A DNA stretch of 64,000 bases from an uncultured delta proteobacterium. GTDB taxonomy: Bacteria > Myxococcota > Myxococcia > Myxococcales > Myxococcaceae. Positions 31,224-41,131 of the stretch are shown piece after piece. The number at the start of each line of letters is the position of its first letter. Positions within the stretch are counted from its first letter, which is position 1. Below the pieces are notes generated by a model. That model did not search any database and had not been told where the DNA came from. It saw nothing but the letters and a program-made list of their open reading frames with translations. Both the position numbers and the translations under genes were made by a program. The DNA is taken from assembly GCA_963713045.1 (NCBI GenBank), contig CAVQKE010000004.1:544001-608000 (forward strand), given 5' to 3'.

Positions 31224-32480
31224 GCCGAGGCCCCGGGCACCAGCGTCACCACCGAGCGCTGGGACGGCAAGAGGTAGCGGGCGGCCACCGCTTGGACCGC
31301 GGCTGCGTCCACCTGCGCATAGCGCTCGGCGAGACGCAGCCCGGCCCGCCATGAGCCGAGGTAGGCCTCGTAGCTTCCTAACGCATGCGCTCGCCCGGAG
31401 CTGGTGGTGAGCTCGCGCATCAGGTGTGCACGCAGGTTGTTCTTGGCCTTGGAGAGCTCTCGCTCGGTCACGCCCTGTTCCACCACCCGTGCCAGCTCCC
31501 GGTAGAGGGCTGCCTCGACGCGGGCCGGCTCGCCGTCCGGAGCAAGCTCGGCATGGAAGAGCAGAACGCCTGGGTCGAGCCTCCAGCTCCAGTCCATTCC
31601 GATGTCCACCACGACTCTCTCCTCGTACACCAAGCGCTCGGTGAGCCGGCTCCCCTCCCCCACCGCGAGGATGAATTCGAGCACGTCCAGCGTCACGGCG
31701 TCGGGGTGCGCGACTGGCGGCCCGCGGTAGGCCACCAGCAAACCGGGCGCCTGGGCCGGATGGGACACGACGCTCCGGCGTTCACCTCGCTGGGGAGGCT
31801 CGGCATTCACCACCGTCGGCACCGGAGGGCCGCGGGGAATGTCGCCGTAGGCCCGCCGCACTCGGCGCAGCGTGGCCTCCGGTTCGACGGCGCCGGCAAT
31901 CCACAGCACGGCGTTGCTGGGCGCGTAGTAGGTCCGGAAATACGCCTCGCAGTCTTGCCGGCGGATGGCCTCGATGTCGCCCATCCACCCGATGACTGGC
32001 CAGCGGTAGGGGTGGGCTTGGTACACGAGGGCCTGAAGCTCCTCGTCAATCAGCCCCATCACCTCGTTGTCGACTCGAAGGCGACGCTCTTCCTTCACCA
32101 CTTCACGCTCGCGCTCCAACGTCCGGTCGGAGATGGCCAGCGAACGCATGCGATCGGCCTCGAGAATCGAGCACCTGTTCCAGCGCCTCGGAGGCAAATT
32201 CGTCGTAGTACACCGTCAGGTCATGGCTGGTGTAGGCGTTGGAGCGTCCCCCGTGGGACTCGAGCACCTCGTCGAACTGGTGAGGTCCGTACTTCTCCGC
32301 GCCGTTAAACATCATGTGCTCAAAGAGGTGGCTGATGCCGGTCAGCCCCGGCCGCTCATTGCGCGAGCCGACGCGAAAGAAGGTGTAGAGGCTGACGACC
32401 GGCGTCTCGCTGCTGGGGACGACACGGACGCGTAGGCCGTTGCGCAGAGTCGCTTCGTGGACCCGGAGAAGCGGAGGCAT
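31220..32480 (-). pseudogene. M16 peptidase catalytic subunit with a +1 frameshift (possibly an assembly error)
   Basis: GISHLFEHMMF in one frame, LEADRM..ERERE in another; deleting one base at 32165-32166 restores EQVLDLEADRM. Confidence 0.88.
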
Positions 32481-32544
32481 GGGGCGCCTTGCATAGCCCT
32501 CAGCCAGGGTGTCCGCCACCCCCCTCGGTGGGGGGCCCCGTCGC

Positions 32545-32823
32545 TCAGCGCGCCGCCCGACGGCGGACAGCAGAAAAGACGAAACCACACCACACACAGG
32601 AGGGACCCCGCCGCCCGCGCGGCAGCTCCAGAAGGCAGCCCGGGCAGCGAGAAGCGCTGGGCGCGGGCGGCCGCAAGGCGCCTTTCTCCCCGCCAATGCG
32701 TTCCCCTCGCTTGGAGACTCGCGCCACCCGCAGCTCGAGAGCGCGAATGCGGTCCTCCAACTCAGCAATTCGCCCGGCGAGCCGAACGGCAAGGTCGGCG
32801 TCGAAGCGCGCTCGGCGTCCCAT
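32545..32823 (-). CDS. Small coiled-coil plus Zn-ribbon protein
   Basis: IAELEDRIRALE heptads; CPGC...CVWCGF. Confidence 0.65.
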   Translation of the reverse strand: MGRRARFDADLAVRLAGRIAELEDRIRALELRVARVSKRGERIGGEKGALRPPAPSASRCPGCLLELPRGRRGPSCVWCGFVFSAVRRRAAR

Positions 32824-32920
32824 GGGCAGACGCCCAACGTGCCACGCACTGAGCCGCAGCCGCAAGAAAATGGCCGGCCGACTGCTGGAGCTGGGACGTG
32901 GTTGTGTCAGCATTCCCCCC

Positions 32921-34612
32921 ATGCGCTCCGCCAACCCAGCTCCACCGCCTGCCGCGCTCCCTCTCTCGGTTGTCCATGGCGGCGCCTCGGAAGGGCCTCA
33001 GTCAGCCGAAGCGCGGGCGGCGGAAGAGGACGCGCTTGGGCTGCTCGACGACGCGGAGCTGGGCCGCCTGTTGGCGGCGCCCCGCGAGCGGCGCGAGGCG
33101 GACCGCGCCCGGGGCGTTTTCGTCAACCGCAACCTCCGGCTGGCGAGCGTGGAAATGGTCGGCTTCGACATGGACTACACGTTGGCCATCTACCACCAGC
33201 GCCGCATCGAGCAGCTGTCCTTTGACCTGACACTGGGGCGGTTGGTGACCGCCCATGGCTACCCGCAGGAAATTGGCCTTCTGCCTTACGACCACACGTT
33301 CGTCATCCGCGGGCTGGTGGTGGACCGTTCCCACGGCAATCTGCTCAAGCTCGACCGCTTCGGGCAGGTCGGCCGCGCTTGGCATGGCCTCCGTCGACTG
33401 GGCCACGAGGCCTGGCAAAAGCTGTACCGAAACGAGCCGGTTCGCCTCCGGGGTAACCGCTACGCATGGATTGACACCCTCTTCTCCCTCCCCGAGGCCT
33501 GGGCCTACGCGGCCATCATTGAGTTGCTGGAATCGCGAGGGCACCGGCTGGATTATGGGCGCCTCTACGACGACGTGCGCGAGGCCATCGACTCGGTGCA
33601 CCGCGACAACTCCCTGAAGCGTGCCGTGCGACGCGACATTGCTCGCTACATCTACCGCGACCCGGAGCTCGGCCCGACCCTGCATCGGCTCCGGTCGGGA
33701 GGAAAGAAGCTCTTCCTGCTCACCAACTCCCACTGGGACTACACCCAAGCCGTCATGTCGCATTTGCTCGATGGGCTTGCGGCGGAGTACCCAACGTGGC
33801 GCAACTACTTTGACGTGGTCATCACCGGTGCCGACAAGCCCGGCTTCTTTTCAGACAATCGCCCCTTCCTGGAGCTTGACCCCACTTCCGAGGAGGGGAC
33901 GGTGTTGGGAGAGGCCACCTCCCTCGACCGCTGGAAGGTGTACCAGGGAGGAAACCTGGCGAGCCTTGAGCGGATGACTGGCTTCTCTGGGGAGAAGGTC
34001 CTGTACGTGGGAGACCACATTTATGGCGACATCCTCAAATCGAGGAAGGCGTCGCTATGGCGCACCTGCATGGTGGTGCAGGAGCTGGAGGACGAAATCC
34101 GCTACACCGAGGGACGACGGGAGGAAATTTCTCGTCTCTCGGAAGTGGAGCTCCTTCGGGCGCGACTCGACGACGCGGTCAACCAGCACAAGGCAGTGCT
34201 GACGACCCTCGAGCGTCGTCTCGAGCGCGACAACCCGGAGGATGCCGAACGCGCGGCGCTTGAGCAGGACAGGCGAACGGCCAAGGCGGAGCTCGAGCGT
34301 CTGCGGCGGGCGCTGAAGGAGGCCGACCGCATCGCCGGCACCCTGGAGCGGGACGTCGAGGCTGGCTACAACCCCTACTGGGGACTCCTCTTCAAGGAAG
34401 GGCACGAAAACAGTCGGTTCGGCGCCCAGGTCGAGCAGTACGCCTGCCTGTACACCTCTCGGGTCAGCAACCTCCTCAACGTCTCCCCCAGCCAGTACCT
34501 CCGCAGCCAGCGGGAACTCATGCCCCATGAACAGGCGGGGGCGCCCTCCGGCAAGCTGTCTCCCATTGGCAGTGAAGGGCCCCCCAAAGGCTCCACCCGC
34601 CAGCCCCTGTAA
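32921..34612 (+). CDS. HAD-IG family 5'-nucleotidase (cN-II-like)
   Basis: VFVNRNL, GFDMDYTLA, FLLTNS, KPGFF, YVGDHIYGDI, YACLYTSRV; start uncertain. Confidence 0.93.
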   Translation: MRSANPAPPPAALPLSVVHGGASEGPQSAEARAAEEDALGLLDDAELGRLLAAPRERREADRARGVFVNRNLRLASVEMVGFDMDYTLAIYHQRRIEQLSFDLTLGRLVTAHGYPQEIGLLPYDHTFVIRGLVVDRSHGNLLKLDRFGQVGRAWHGLRRLGHEAWQKLYRNEPVRLRGNRYAWIDTLFSLPEAWAYAAIIELLESRGHRLDYGRLYDDVREAIDSVHRDNSLKRAVRRDIARYIYRDPELGPTLHRLRSGGKKLFLLTNSHWDYTQAVMSHLLDGLAAEYPTWRNYFDVVITGADKPGFFSDNRPFLELDPTSEEGTVLGEATSLDRWKVYQGGNLASLERMTGFSGEKVLYVGDHIYGDILKSRKASLWRTCMVVQELEDEIRYTEGRREEISRLSEVELLRARLDDAVNQHKAVLTTLERRLERDNPEDAERAALEQDRRTAKAELERLRRALKEADRIAGTLERDVEAGYNPYWGLLFKEGHENSRFGAQVEQYACLYTSRVSNLLNVSPSQYLRSQRELMPHEQAGAPSGKLSPIGSEGPPKGSTRQPL

Positions 34613-34630
34613 GAGGGCCCACCCTGCCCC

Positions 34631-35413
34631 TCATGGGCGGTCGGGCGTCGCTCGGGCCCAGACGACGGGCGCGCTCCGGGATGCCGCTTGGGGGGTGAGG
34701 CCCAAGGCCTTCAAATCTGGCCCGTAGCGTGGGCCTTTCACCAAGACCGCCCGCCGCGCGACGCGCCGGGCTGCCGCCAGAGTCGCAGCATCCAGCCGGC
34801 CCCCGCTGGCCAGCCGGCGCAACAGCGCGAAGCTGGGCTGGGCACGCCGCTCCTTGGAAAACATTGGGTCGAAGAGGACCACGTCGAAACTGCCGCGGGG
34901 CAGCGCAGCCAGGTACGTCCGGCAGTCGGCCTGGTGAACCTCAATGCGGGCACTCCGCGGCTCCTCGGCCTCGCGCGCTAGCCCCTCGGCGGCCAGCATG
35001 GCCAGCGGCAGGCTGACCTCGAGCCCCACCAGCTGGCCCCGCGGCCCCACCAGCCGTGCCGCCACCCGCGCGTCCTGGGCCAGTCCCAGCGTACAGTCCA
35101 GCACCCGCTCGCCCGCGGCCAAGCCGCCGACGCGCACCAGGGCTTCGCCCTGTCCCCCCGCGTCGAGCGCGCGCAGCCGCAGCGCCGCCAGGCCCGGGGA
35201 CCACCGCGCGCCTCCTTCGCCATCCCAGAGCGAGACGCTCGACCGCTCGACGACGAGAAGCGTCTCCGCCTGGGTCAACAGCGCCGCCAGGCCGCCCAGG
35301 GCCGCGCGGGCCAAGTACGGGACATGCCAGCGGTTGGCAACGCTTTCGGCTTGGGCCAGGTCAGCTGCGGTGGGGTTGGCGCGGCTGGTGACTGCGATGG
35401 GATGGCGGGCCAC
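34631..35413 (-). CDS. Class I SAM-dependent methyltransferase (RsmJ-like)
   Basis: VLDCTLGLAQDA, FDVVLFDPMF. Confidence 0.85.
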   Translation of the reverse strand: MARHPIAVTSRANPTAADLAQAESVANRWHVPYLARAALGGLAALLTQAETLLVVERSSVSLWDGEGGARWSPGLAALRLRALDAGGQGEALVRVGGLAAGERVLDCTLGLAQDARVAARLVGPRGQLVGLEVSLPLAMLAAEGLAREAEEPRSARIEVHQADCRTYLAALPRGSFDVVLFDPMFSKERRAQPSFALLRRLASGGRLDAATLAAARRVARRAVLVKGPRYGPDLKALGLTPQAASRSAPVVWARATPDRP

Positions 35414-35462
35414 CGGCTGTGGCCAGCCTCTCCTCTTTGCGCGAGGAAGTCGAGCGGACGGC

Positions 35463-37610
35463 TTAGCCGGCTTGAAGGTGCGCTGGGCGAAGCGCCTCGG
35501 CGGTCACCACCCGGTTTCGACCCTCCCGCTTGGCCCGGTACAGACAGGCGTCGGCCAGTTGCACCAGGGCGTCCATCTCGGCGCCATCCTGTGGGGACGC
35601 GGCCAGCCCGACGCTGAGCGTGACGCGCACCGGGCCGAGTTCGGTATGGAAGCTACGGGCGGCCACCGCCTCCCGCAAGCCGCTCAGCAATCACTTGAGC
35701 CCCCCGGAGGTCTGTCTCTGGCATCACCACCGCAAACTCTTCTCCCCCGTAGCGAGCCACCACGTCGGTGTCTCGTGCTTGCTCCCGAAGCATCTGCGCC
35801 ACGCCGCGGAGCACGGTGTCTCCAGCGGGGTGCCCATAGGTGTCGTTCACCGCTTTGAAGTGGTCAATGTCGGTGATGAGGACTGCACAGGCGCGCCCAT
35901 AACGACGGGCCTGCGCCAGCGCCTGGGTGGCTCGCGTTTGAAAGGTACGGCGGTTGGCCAACGAGGTCAGGCTGTCGGTGGTGGCCAGCCGCTCGGTTTG
36001 TTCAAAGAGTTGTGCGCGAAGCACCGCCTGCGCTGCCTGAATGGCCAGCACCTCCAGCATCCGAAGGACGTCCTCCCCGAGAGCGCCCCGCGCCTTGGTG
36101 CCGGCCACCAACGTCCCGAGGATGCGGTCTGCCGCTACCAAGGGGAGAATCCGAAGTGCGCCGAGGCCCCGGACCTCGGTCCCGTCGTCGAAGACTACCC
36201 TCTGTTCCATCTGAGGCAGTGCTCGGCCCGGCAAGGGCGTACCGTAGCGGACGACGTTGGCCACCAGCCCGTTGTTGTCCGAAAAGCTGCGCCCCTCCAA
36301 GGCGCGGGCGGTGGGGCTTCCAGCCACCTTGACCACCCGGTGCAGTCGGGCCCCGTCCTCCTGCTGGACCAGTGTCACCGCGACGAAATCCAAGTTGGCG
36401 AGGGTGCGGGCGTTCTCCACCACCGCGGCGAACACCGCCCCGGGGTCGACGGCCCGGTTGAGCTCTTCAATGGCGCGAAAAAAACGAGCCTTTTCGTCCC
36501 GGCCCCGTCGTACCTCGCCGAGGACCCGCTCCACCTCCAGCGCCCGGAGCACCTCCCGCGCCAGCGTCGCCAGCAGCTGCTCCTCAGCGTCGGTAAAGGC
36601 TTCCGGCTGCAGGCGGTCTGCCAGCAGCACGCCCCGCAGTTGCCCGGAGCGCTCCAGGAGCGGCACCGCCAAGACGCTCTTCACCCCGGTACTGCTTTGG
36701 TACCAGCCGACGCCCCGCAGGCCCCCTCGCCGGCCATCCGGACTGCCACCCGGCGGCGCACCACCCCTCCCAGAATGCCCTCTCCTGCGGGGAGCGGCGC
36801 CCGCTGGACGCCCTCGGAGGCGCTCCGACAATCATGCAACCGCAGCATTCGGTCATCGGCATCCAGCAGGAAGGCAGCACAGGTGTGACTGCGGAGCGCA
36901 AGTTCAGCGACGTCCAAGACGGCGCCGACCGCGCCCTCCACTTGTTGGACAGAGGCCAAAAGCCACTTCGCTTGGGCCCCCGGGCCGCCGGTGCGCTCGG
37001 CACTGCCTGAGTCCACCAGGCGAAAGGTTCGGGCATCCTCCTCCACCTCGCGCAGTCGGTTGCGCACTGCGTCGATTTCGGCGCGTCGCGCAAGTGCAAG
37101 GCGCGCGTTGAGGACGACCCGGTAGGTGGCTGCGAAGAGGACAAGAAACAGGGCATGGGCAGCGAGTTCGGCCGGCCGGGGTGGTGCTTGGTGCATGACC
37201 CGCAGTCCATCCATCCCCACCGCCAGCAGCACGAGGAGGGACGCGGCGCGGAAGCGAAGGAAGCCGACCAGGCCCGCCATCAACAAGTACACCAGAGGGA
37301 AAAGGCCCTCCCCCGCCAAGGCCGCCACCAGGACGCTCGCCGCGACCAGCGGAGCCCCAAGCGCGAGGTCGTCCCTGACGGTCGGCTCCGGACCGCCTCC
37401 CCCCAGCGTCCGTCGTGCCGCGCCAGCGGCCACGCCAGCAAGCACCAGAACCAGGGTCCCCAACGCTGCCCAGGACGGTTCGCCGCCGGCCGGAAGCAGC
37501 CCTCCGGCGAACAGCCCGACGGCCGCCAGCACAGCCGCCCCCGGCAGTGCGGCCGAAACCCAGCGCAGCGCGGTGCGCAGCTGGAGGGGGATGGCGCGGG
37601 CGCCGTTCAT
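35463..37610 (-). pseudogene. dmxA: TM-GAF-GAF-GGDEF diguanylate cyclase (DmxA-like) with two frameshifts
   Basis: Multi-TM N-terminus, two GAF-like domains, DIDHFKAVNDTYGH, RxxD I-site, GGEEF; indels at 36722-36726 and 35677-35678; overlaps the ftsB stop. Symbol rests on architecture and gene order as I recall them for Myxococcus. Confidence 0.82.
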
Positions 37611-37876
37611 TCCACTTGAAAGACCAGCTCCCCAGGCCGGACGTAGCCGAGTTCCTCGCGGACTGCCCTCTCCGCCGCTCGAACATCGACGCGCTGGGCG
37701 TTGATTTCCCGGGTCAGCCCCGCATTGTCCTCGCTGAGCTGCCGGTTGGCGCGGCGCAGGGCCTCCACTTGAGCGCGCAGGCGGGCTGCCCGGCGAAATC
37801 CCCTGGCATCCAAGGCGGACACAGCGGCCAGCACCACCGCGCCCAACACCGCGAATTTGAGGCCACGTCGTCCCAT
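37607..37876 (-). CDS. ftsB: Septum formation initiator FtsB/DivIC
   Basis: Single TM, coiled coil, ERAVREELGYVRPGELVF. Confidence 0.88.
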   Translation of the reverse strand: MGRRGLKFAVLGAVVLAAVSALDARGFRRAARLRAQVEALRRANRQLSEDNAGLTREINAQRVDVRAAERAVREELGYVRPGELVFQVE

Positions 37877-38003
37877 GGGAGAGGCGAAACGGGCCAGAAA
37901 CAAGCCCCGTCCCGCGCGACAGGACGGTAGCAGTGGTTCCCCAAGCGGCAAGAAAAGCAGCGGCGGGCCCCACACCGGCGCACGTTGTGCCCGCCCGTCC
38001 GAC

Positions 38004-38558
38004 TCAGGGCTTCATGGCCAATGCATTCTCGATGAATGGCTCCAAGCTGCCCTCGGCTGGAACGCCCTGGAAGGCAGTCAGGACCGTGCCGTCCCGGCCG
38101 AAGATGACAGTGGTGGGAAGGGTGGTGATGCGGCCGAACGCGGTCTTTCCCTCCCGGAGGGCGGTGTCGCTCACCAGCACCGGGTAATTGAGGCCGAGCT
38201 GCTCTTGAAAGGGCGCCAACACTTGGGCGCCCTCCCGGTCCATCCCAACCGCAACGACGCTCAAGCCCGCCTTCCCATAGCGCTGCGCCAGCTCCTGCAG
38301 GCGCGGCGCGGTGGCAATGCAGGGGAAGCACCAGCTGGCCAGAAACTGCACCACCAGCACCCTTCCCTGCCACGCTGAAACGTCCAGGTAGCGCCCGTTC
38401 GCGTCCGGCAAACCCACCAGCACGCCGAGGTAAGGACTGGAACTCGGACGTGGCGCCGTGCTGGCACAGCCAGCCCAGCACAGCAGGACCAGGACGAGGG
38501 TCAGGCGCGCGGCCCGCCCTCCGCGGAGGTGGGGGCGGCGGACTGACAGTCGCCGCAC
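38004..38558 (-). CDS. TlpA-family thiol-disulfide oxidoreductase lipoprotein
   Basis: WAGC lipobox, FLASWCFPC, LPTTVIFGRDG; start uncertain and overlapping the fur 3' end. Confidence 0.88.
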   Translation of the reverse strand: MRRLSVRRPHLRGGRAARLTLVLVLLCWAGCASTAPRPSSSPYLGVLVGLPDANGRYLDVSAWQGRVLVVQFLASWCFPCIATAPRLQELAQRYGKAGLSVVAVGMDREGAQVLAPFQEQLGLNYPVLVSDTALREGKTAFGRITTLPTTVIFGRDGTVLTAFQGVPAEGSLEPFIENALAMKP

Positions 38559-38971
38559 AGCCCGTACAACTCCATCTTGTGCGAGGTGACTCGGAAACCA
38601 TTCTGCCGAGCCACCCGGTCCTGAAGCATCTCGATGCGGTCGTTCTCGAATTCGATGATGGTCCCGCATCGGGTGCAGATGAGATGGTCGTGGTGGTGAC
38701 GACCGGCCGCCGCCTCGTAGCGCGTCTGACCGTCGCCAAAGTTTCGCGCATGGACCAGCCCGCAGTCGTGGAGGAGCTTCATCGTCCGGTAGACGGTGGC
38801 GACCGACACCTTGGAGTCCTGCGAACGTACCTTGTTCCACAACTCCTCCACCGACAGATGACCGCCGATGTCGAAGAAGCTGTCGATGATGAGGTTGCGC
38901 TGACGAGTGCTCTTCAGGCCGTGCTCGGCCATGTACCTCGTCAGCACCTCAGACTTGCTCCATTCAGTCAC
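38501..38971 (-). CDS. fur: Fur-family transcriptional regulator
   Basis: KSTRQR, HLSVEEL, ATVYRT, HHHDHLICTRCG, YGLCGDC; metal specificity unknown. Confidence 0.93.
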   Translation of the reverse strand: MTEWSKSEVLTRYMAEHGLKSTRQRNLIIDSFFDIGGHLSVEELWNKVRSQDSKVSVATVYRTMKLLHDCGLVHARNFGDGQTRYEAAAGRHHHDHLICTRCGTIIEFENDRIEMLQDRVARQNGFRVTSHKMELYGLCGDCQSAAPTSAEGGPRA

Positions 38972-39507
38972 GGGAAGCGCTCTCTCCACCGTTGGATGGC
39001 TCCGGCCGTCTTCGGCCCACCGAGGTCCACGCCGGCAATTTGTACCAACGAACGGTGTGCCTCGAGGCGTACCTCTGGGTCCTCGTCCTCCAGGGCTGTC
39101 ACGAGTGCCGGAGCATAGCGTGCAGGGTCTGGACGGTAACGCGCCACTTCGGCCGCCAGGGCCCGGACCCGGGCACTGCTGCTGTCCTGGAGGTCTGCCT
39201 GCAGTCCCTGACCCGGCGGCGGCACGTAGCCTGCTCGGGCCGCTGGCAAGAGGAGCAGAAACACCACCACGGCGAGACCAACCTGGTAAAAAGCCTTGAA
39301 GCTTGGGTACTTGCGGCTGCGGACGAGGACGAAGCGGTAAGCCGCAAACAGGGCAACGAAGGCGCCAAACACGAAGGGCGTCACCCGCTCCACGTCGCCC
39401 GGCAGCCTTCCGGGAAACTCTCGGCCGAAAAAGGCCAGGCCGGCTGCGCCAACCAAAAGCACATACAGCACCAGCCCTGGGCCCGGCCCCAGGGGGATCC
39501 CGGCCAC
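38968..39507 (-). CDS. Membrane protein with C-terminal HEAT repeats
   Basis: Three TM helices then RVRALAAEV and ALEDEDPEVRLEAHRSL; start inferred at GTG 39507. Confidence 0.8.
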   Translation of the reverse strand: MAGIPLGPGPGLVLYVLLVGAAGLAFFGREFPGRLPGDVERVTPFVFGAFVALFAAYRFVLVRSRKYPSFKAFYQVGLAVVVFLLLLPAARAGYVPPPGQGLQADLQDSSSARVRALAAEVARYRPDPARYAPALVTALEDEDPEVRLEAHRSLVQIAGVDLGGPKTAGAIQRWRERFP

Positions 39508-39542
39508 CCGGGGAGCTTCCCCTTGCGTCGCGGCCGCGCCGC

Positions 39543-39564
39543 TTGCATTTCTAGAATGTTGCAA
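39543..39564. promoter_or_regulatory. AT-rich inverted repeat, candidate operator
   Basis: TTGCA-tTTCTAGAAtgt-TGCAA between divergent transcription units in a very GC-rich context. Confidence 0.4.
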
Positions 39565-39617
39565 TCCGGCCTACCCTCAAGCGCACAGATGGTACACGGA
39601 CCCTCTGCCCTTTTCTT

Positions 39618-40739
39618 ATGGACAACCTCTGGACACGCAAGCGAACCGCTGACGAAGTCCCGACCGCCATTGCGGTGGCGGTGTCGGACTTCTGCCGTCG
39701 GGCCGGCGCGCCAGCACCACCGGGCGAAGTCCGAGAGGCGCTCTCGACGCTGTCCGCCGAGGAGGATTTTCGCGTCGGGACACTCACCGATGCCCCGCCA
39801 GCGGCGCGGCCACTCGGCCCCTATGCCGTCGTCGATGTGCTCAGCGGCACAACCCCGGCGCTTGCCGCACAGCGCGAGGCCTGTGGGTACTACCAGTTGC
39901 TGAAGGGCTTCCTCACCGCCAACCGACAAGCGGTTGCACCGCCGATGCCGACCGGGCCGGGCGCCGGGCTCCGCGCTTCTTCCCAGCCCCCGGCGTCGGC
40001 GCCGCTCGGCACTCAGCGCTTCACTGCCATGGCGGCGCCGACGGTTGCGCAGCGCATCGCCCCCAAGCGACGCATGGCGGCGCCCAAAGAATTGACGCCG
40101 AGCGCTCCTCGGGGCCGGTTTGCTCAGCTGCCGTCGGAGCAACCCTCGCTCGAGACGCTCAGCAGCACCCAGCTGGGCGAACTCCTCACGCAACACGGAC
40201 ACCGTCCGGCGCTGCTCCGCGCCCTCGCGCGGGGACAGGCCTCGCACGTCGACAGCCACCGGTTGGACCGGGCCCTGGAGCAGGCGGGGCTACTGGAACG
40301 CGCCTTCCAGACGGAGCGCGAGCTCGTCCTGTCCACCCTGGAGGAGCAGCGCGGCGCCCTCGGCCGCACCGCCTGGGCTTTGGGCGTGCGCTCGACCGAG
40401 CTGTTGCCGTGGGCCGAGCGCCTGGGCCTAAAGGCTGCTGTCGAACGCATCCGCGACCGCTTTCGACAGGAAGCGCTGCAGCCCGTTCACTGGACGGCGC
40501 GGCTCGATTTGCTCGGCAGGCGCAAATACCTGGAAGACCTTGGCGTTTCAGCGGACTTTGAGCGCTCGGTCACCGAAGACCTTCGACGCGCTCTGCAAGC
40601 CTTGCCGGACGCCGCAGACGAGCGGACTGCGGTGTTGGCCACCCAACTCGGCGTCAGCCCGGAGGCCCTGCGACGCAGCCTTGTCCGTCTCGGCCTGTCA
40701 ACCGATGCCGCCTCATCCCCTTCCCCTCAGTCCGTTTGA
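39618..40739 (+). CDS. Hypothetical protein with two Fis-like HTH motifs
   Basis: TLEEQRGALGRTAWALGV..ERLGL and LATQLGVSPEALRRSLVRLGL. Confidence 0.72.
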   Translation: MDNLWTRKRTADEVPTAIAVAVSDFCRRAGAPAPPGEVREALSTLSAEEDFRVGTLTDAPPAARPLGPYAVVDVLSGTTPALAAQREACGYYQLLKGFLTANRQAVAPPMPTGPGAGLRASSQPPASAPLGTQRFTAMAAPTVAQRIAPKRRMAAPKELTPSAPRGRFAQLPSEQPSLETLSSTQLGELLTQHGHRPALLRALARGQASHVDSHRLDRALEQAGLLERAFQTERELVLSTLEEQRGALGRTAWALGVRSTELLPWAERLGLKAAVERIRDRFRQEALQPVHWTARLDLLGRRKYLEDLGVSADFERSVTEDLRRALQALPDAADERTAVLATQLGVSPEALRRSLVRLGLSTDAASSPSPQSV

Positions 40740-40745
40740 ACTGCA

Positions 40746-41120
40746 ATGCCCATCTACGAATACACCTGTAGCAACTGCAACAAGCTGAGTGACGTCTTGC
40801 AGAAGCTGGACGAAGGGACGCCTGAGCGCTGTCCCGCCTGCGGAGCCGAAGGAACGCTGTCGCGGGTCGTCAGTCGAACCTCCTTTGTCCTGAAGGGTGG
40901 CGGCTGGGGCGCCGACCTCTACGCCTCGAAGAAGAGCGATGCTTCTTCGGCGCCCGCCGCAGACGGGGCCAAGCCGGCCGACAAGAATAATGCCCCAGCG
41001 GGAACGCCAGCGGCGGCGAGCCCACCCACACCGGCGGCCGGAGGCTCCTCCAGCACTGCCGCAACGCCCTCCAGCGGGAGCTCGTCGTCCGGGAAGAGTG
41101 ACTCCGGCTCCGGCAGCTAG
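40746..41120 (+). CDS. FmdB-family zinc-ribbon protein
   Basis: MPIYEYTCSNC..CPACG..SFVLKGGGW, low-complexity tail. Confidence 0.92.
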   Translation: MPIYEYTCSNCNKLSDVLQKLDEGTPERCPACGAEGTLSRVVSRTSFVLKGGGWGADLYASKKSDASSAPAADGAKPADKNNAPAGTPAAASPPTPAAGGSSSTAATPSSGSSSSGKSDSGSGS

Positions 41121-41131
41121 CTGTCTTCACC

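Noticed and set aside
32150..32180. Programmed ribosomal frameshift in the M16 gene
   Set aside because: No slippery heptamer or evident stimulatory structure; same doubled-base pattern as the other indels
32489..32920. Long N-terminal extensions in the ORF track (nucleotidase, miaA, 26742 ORF, glgB)
   Set aside because: Arg/Pro-rich, overlap real neighbouring genes; downstream starts fit family motifs and stop/start overlaps better
36722..36726. G-run as a phase-variation switch for the diguanylate cyclase
   Set aside because: Run is only 5 nt, and a second independent indel would still break the gene; assembly error is simpler
40940..41117. Repeat-like Ser/Ala/Pro-rich stretch
   Set aside because: Ordinary low-complexity tail of an FmdB-family protein, not a DNA repeat array
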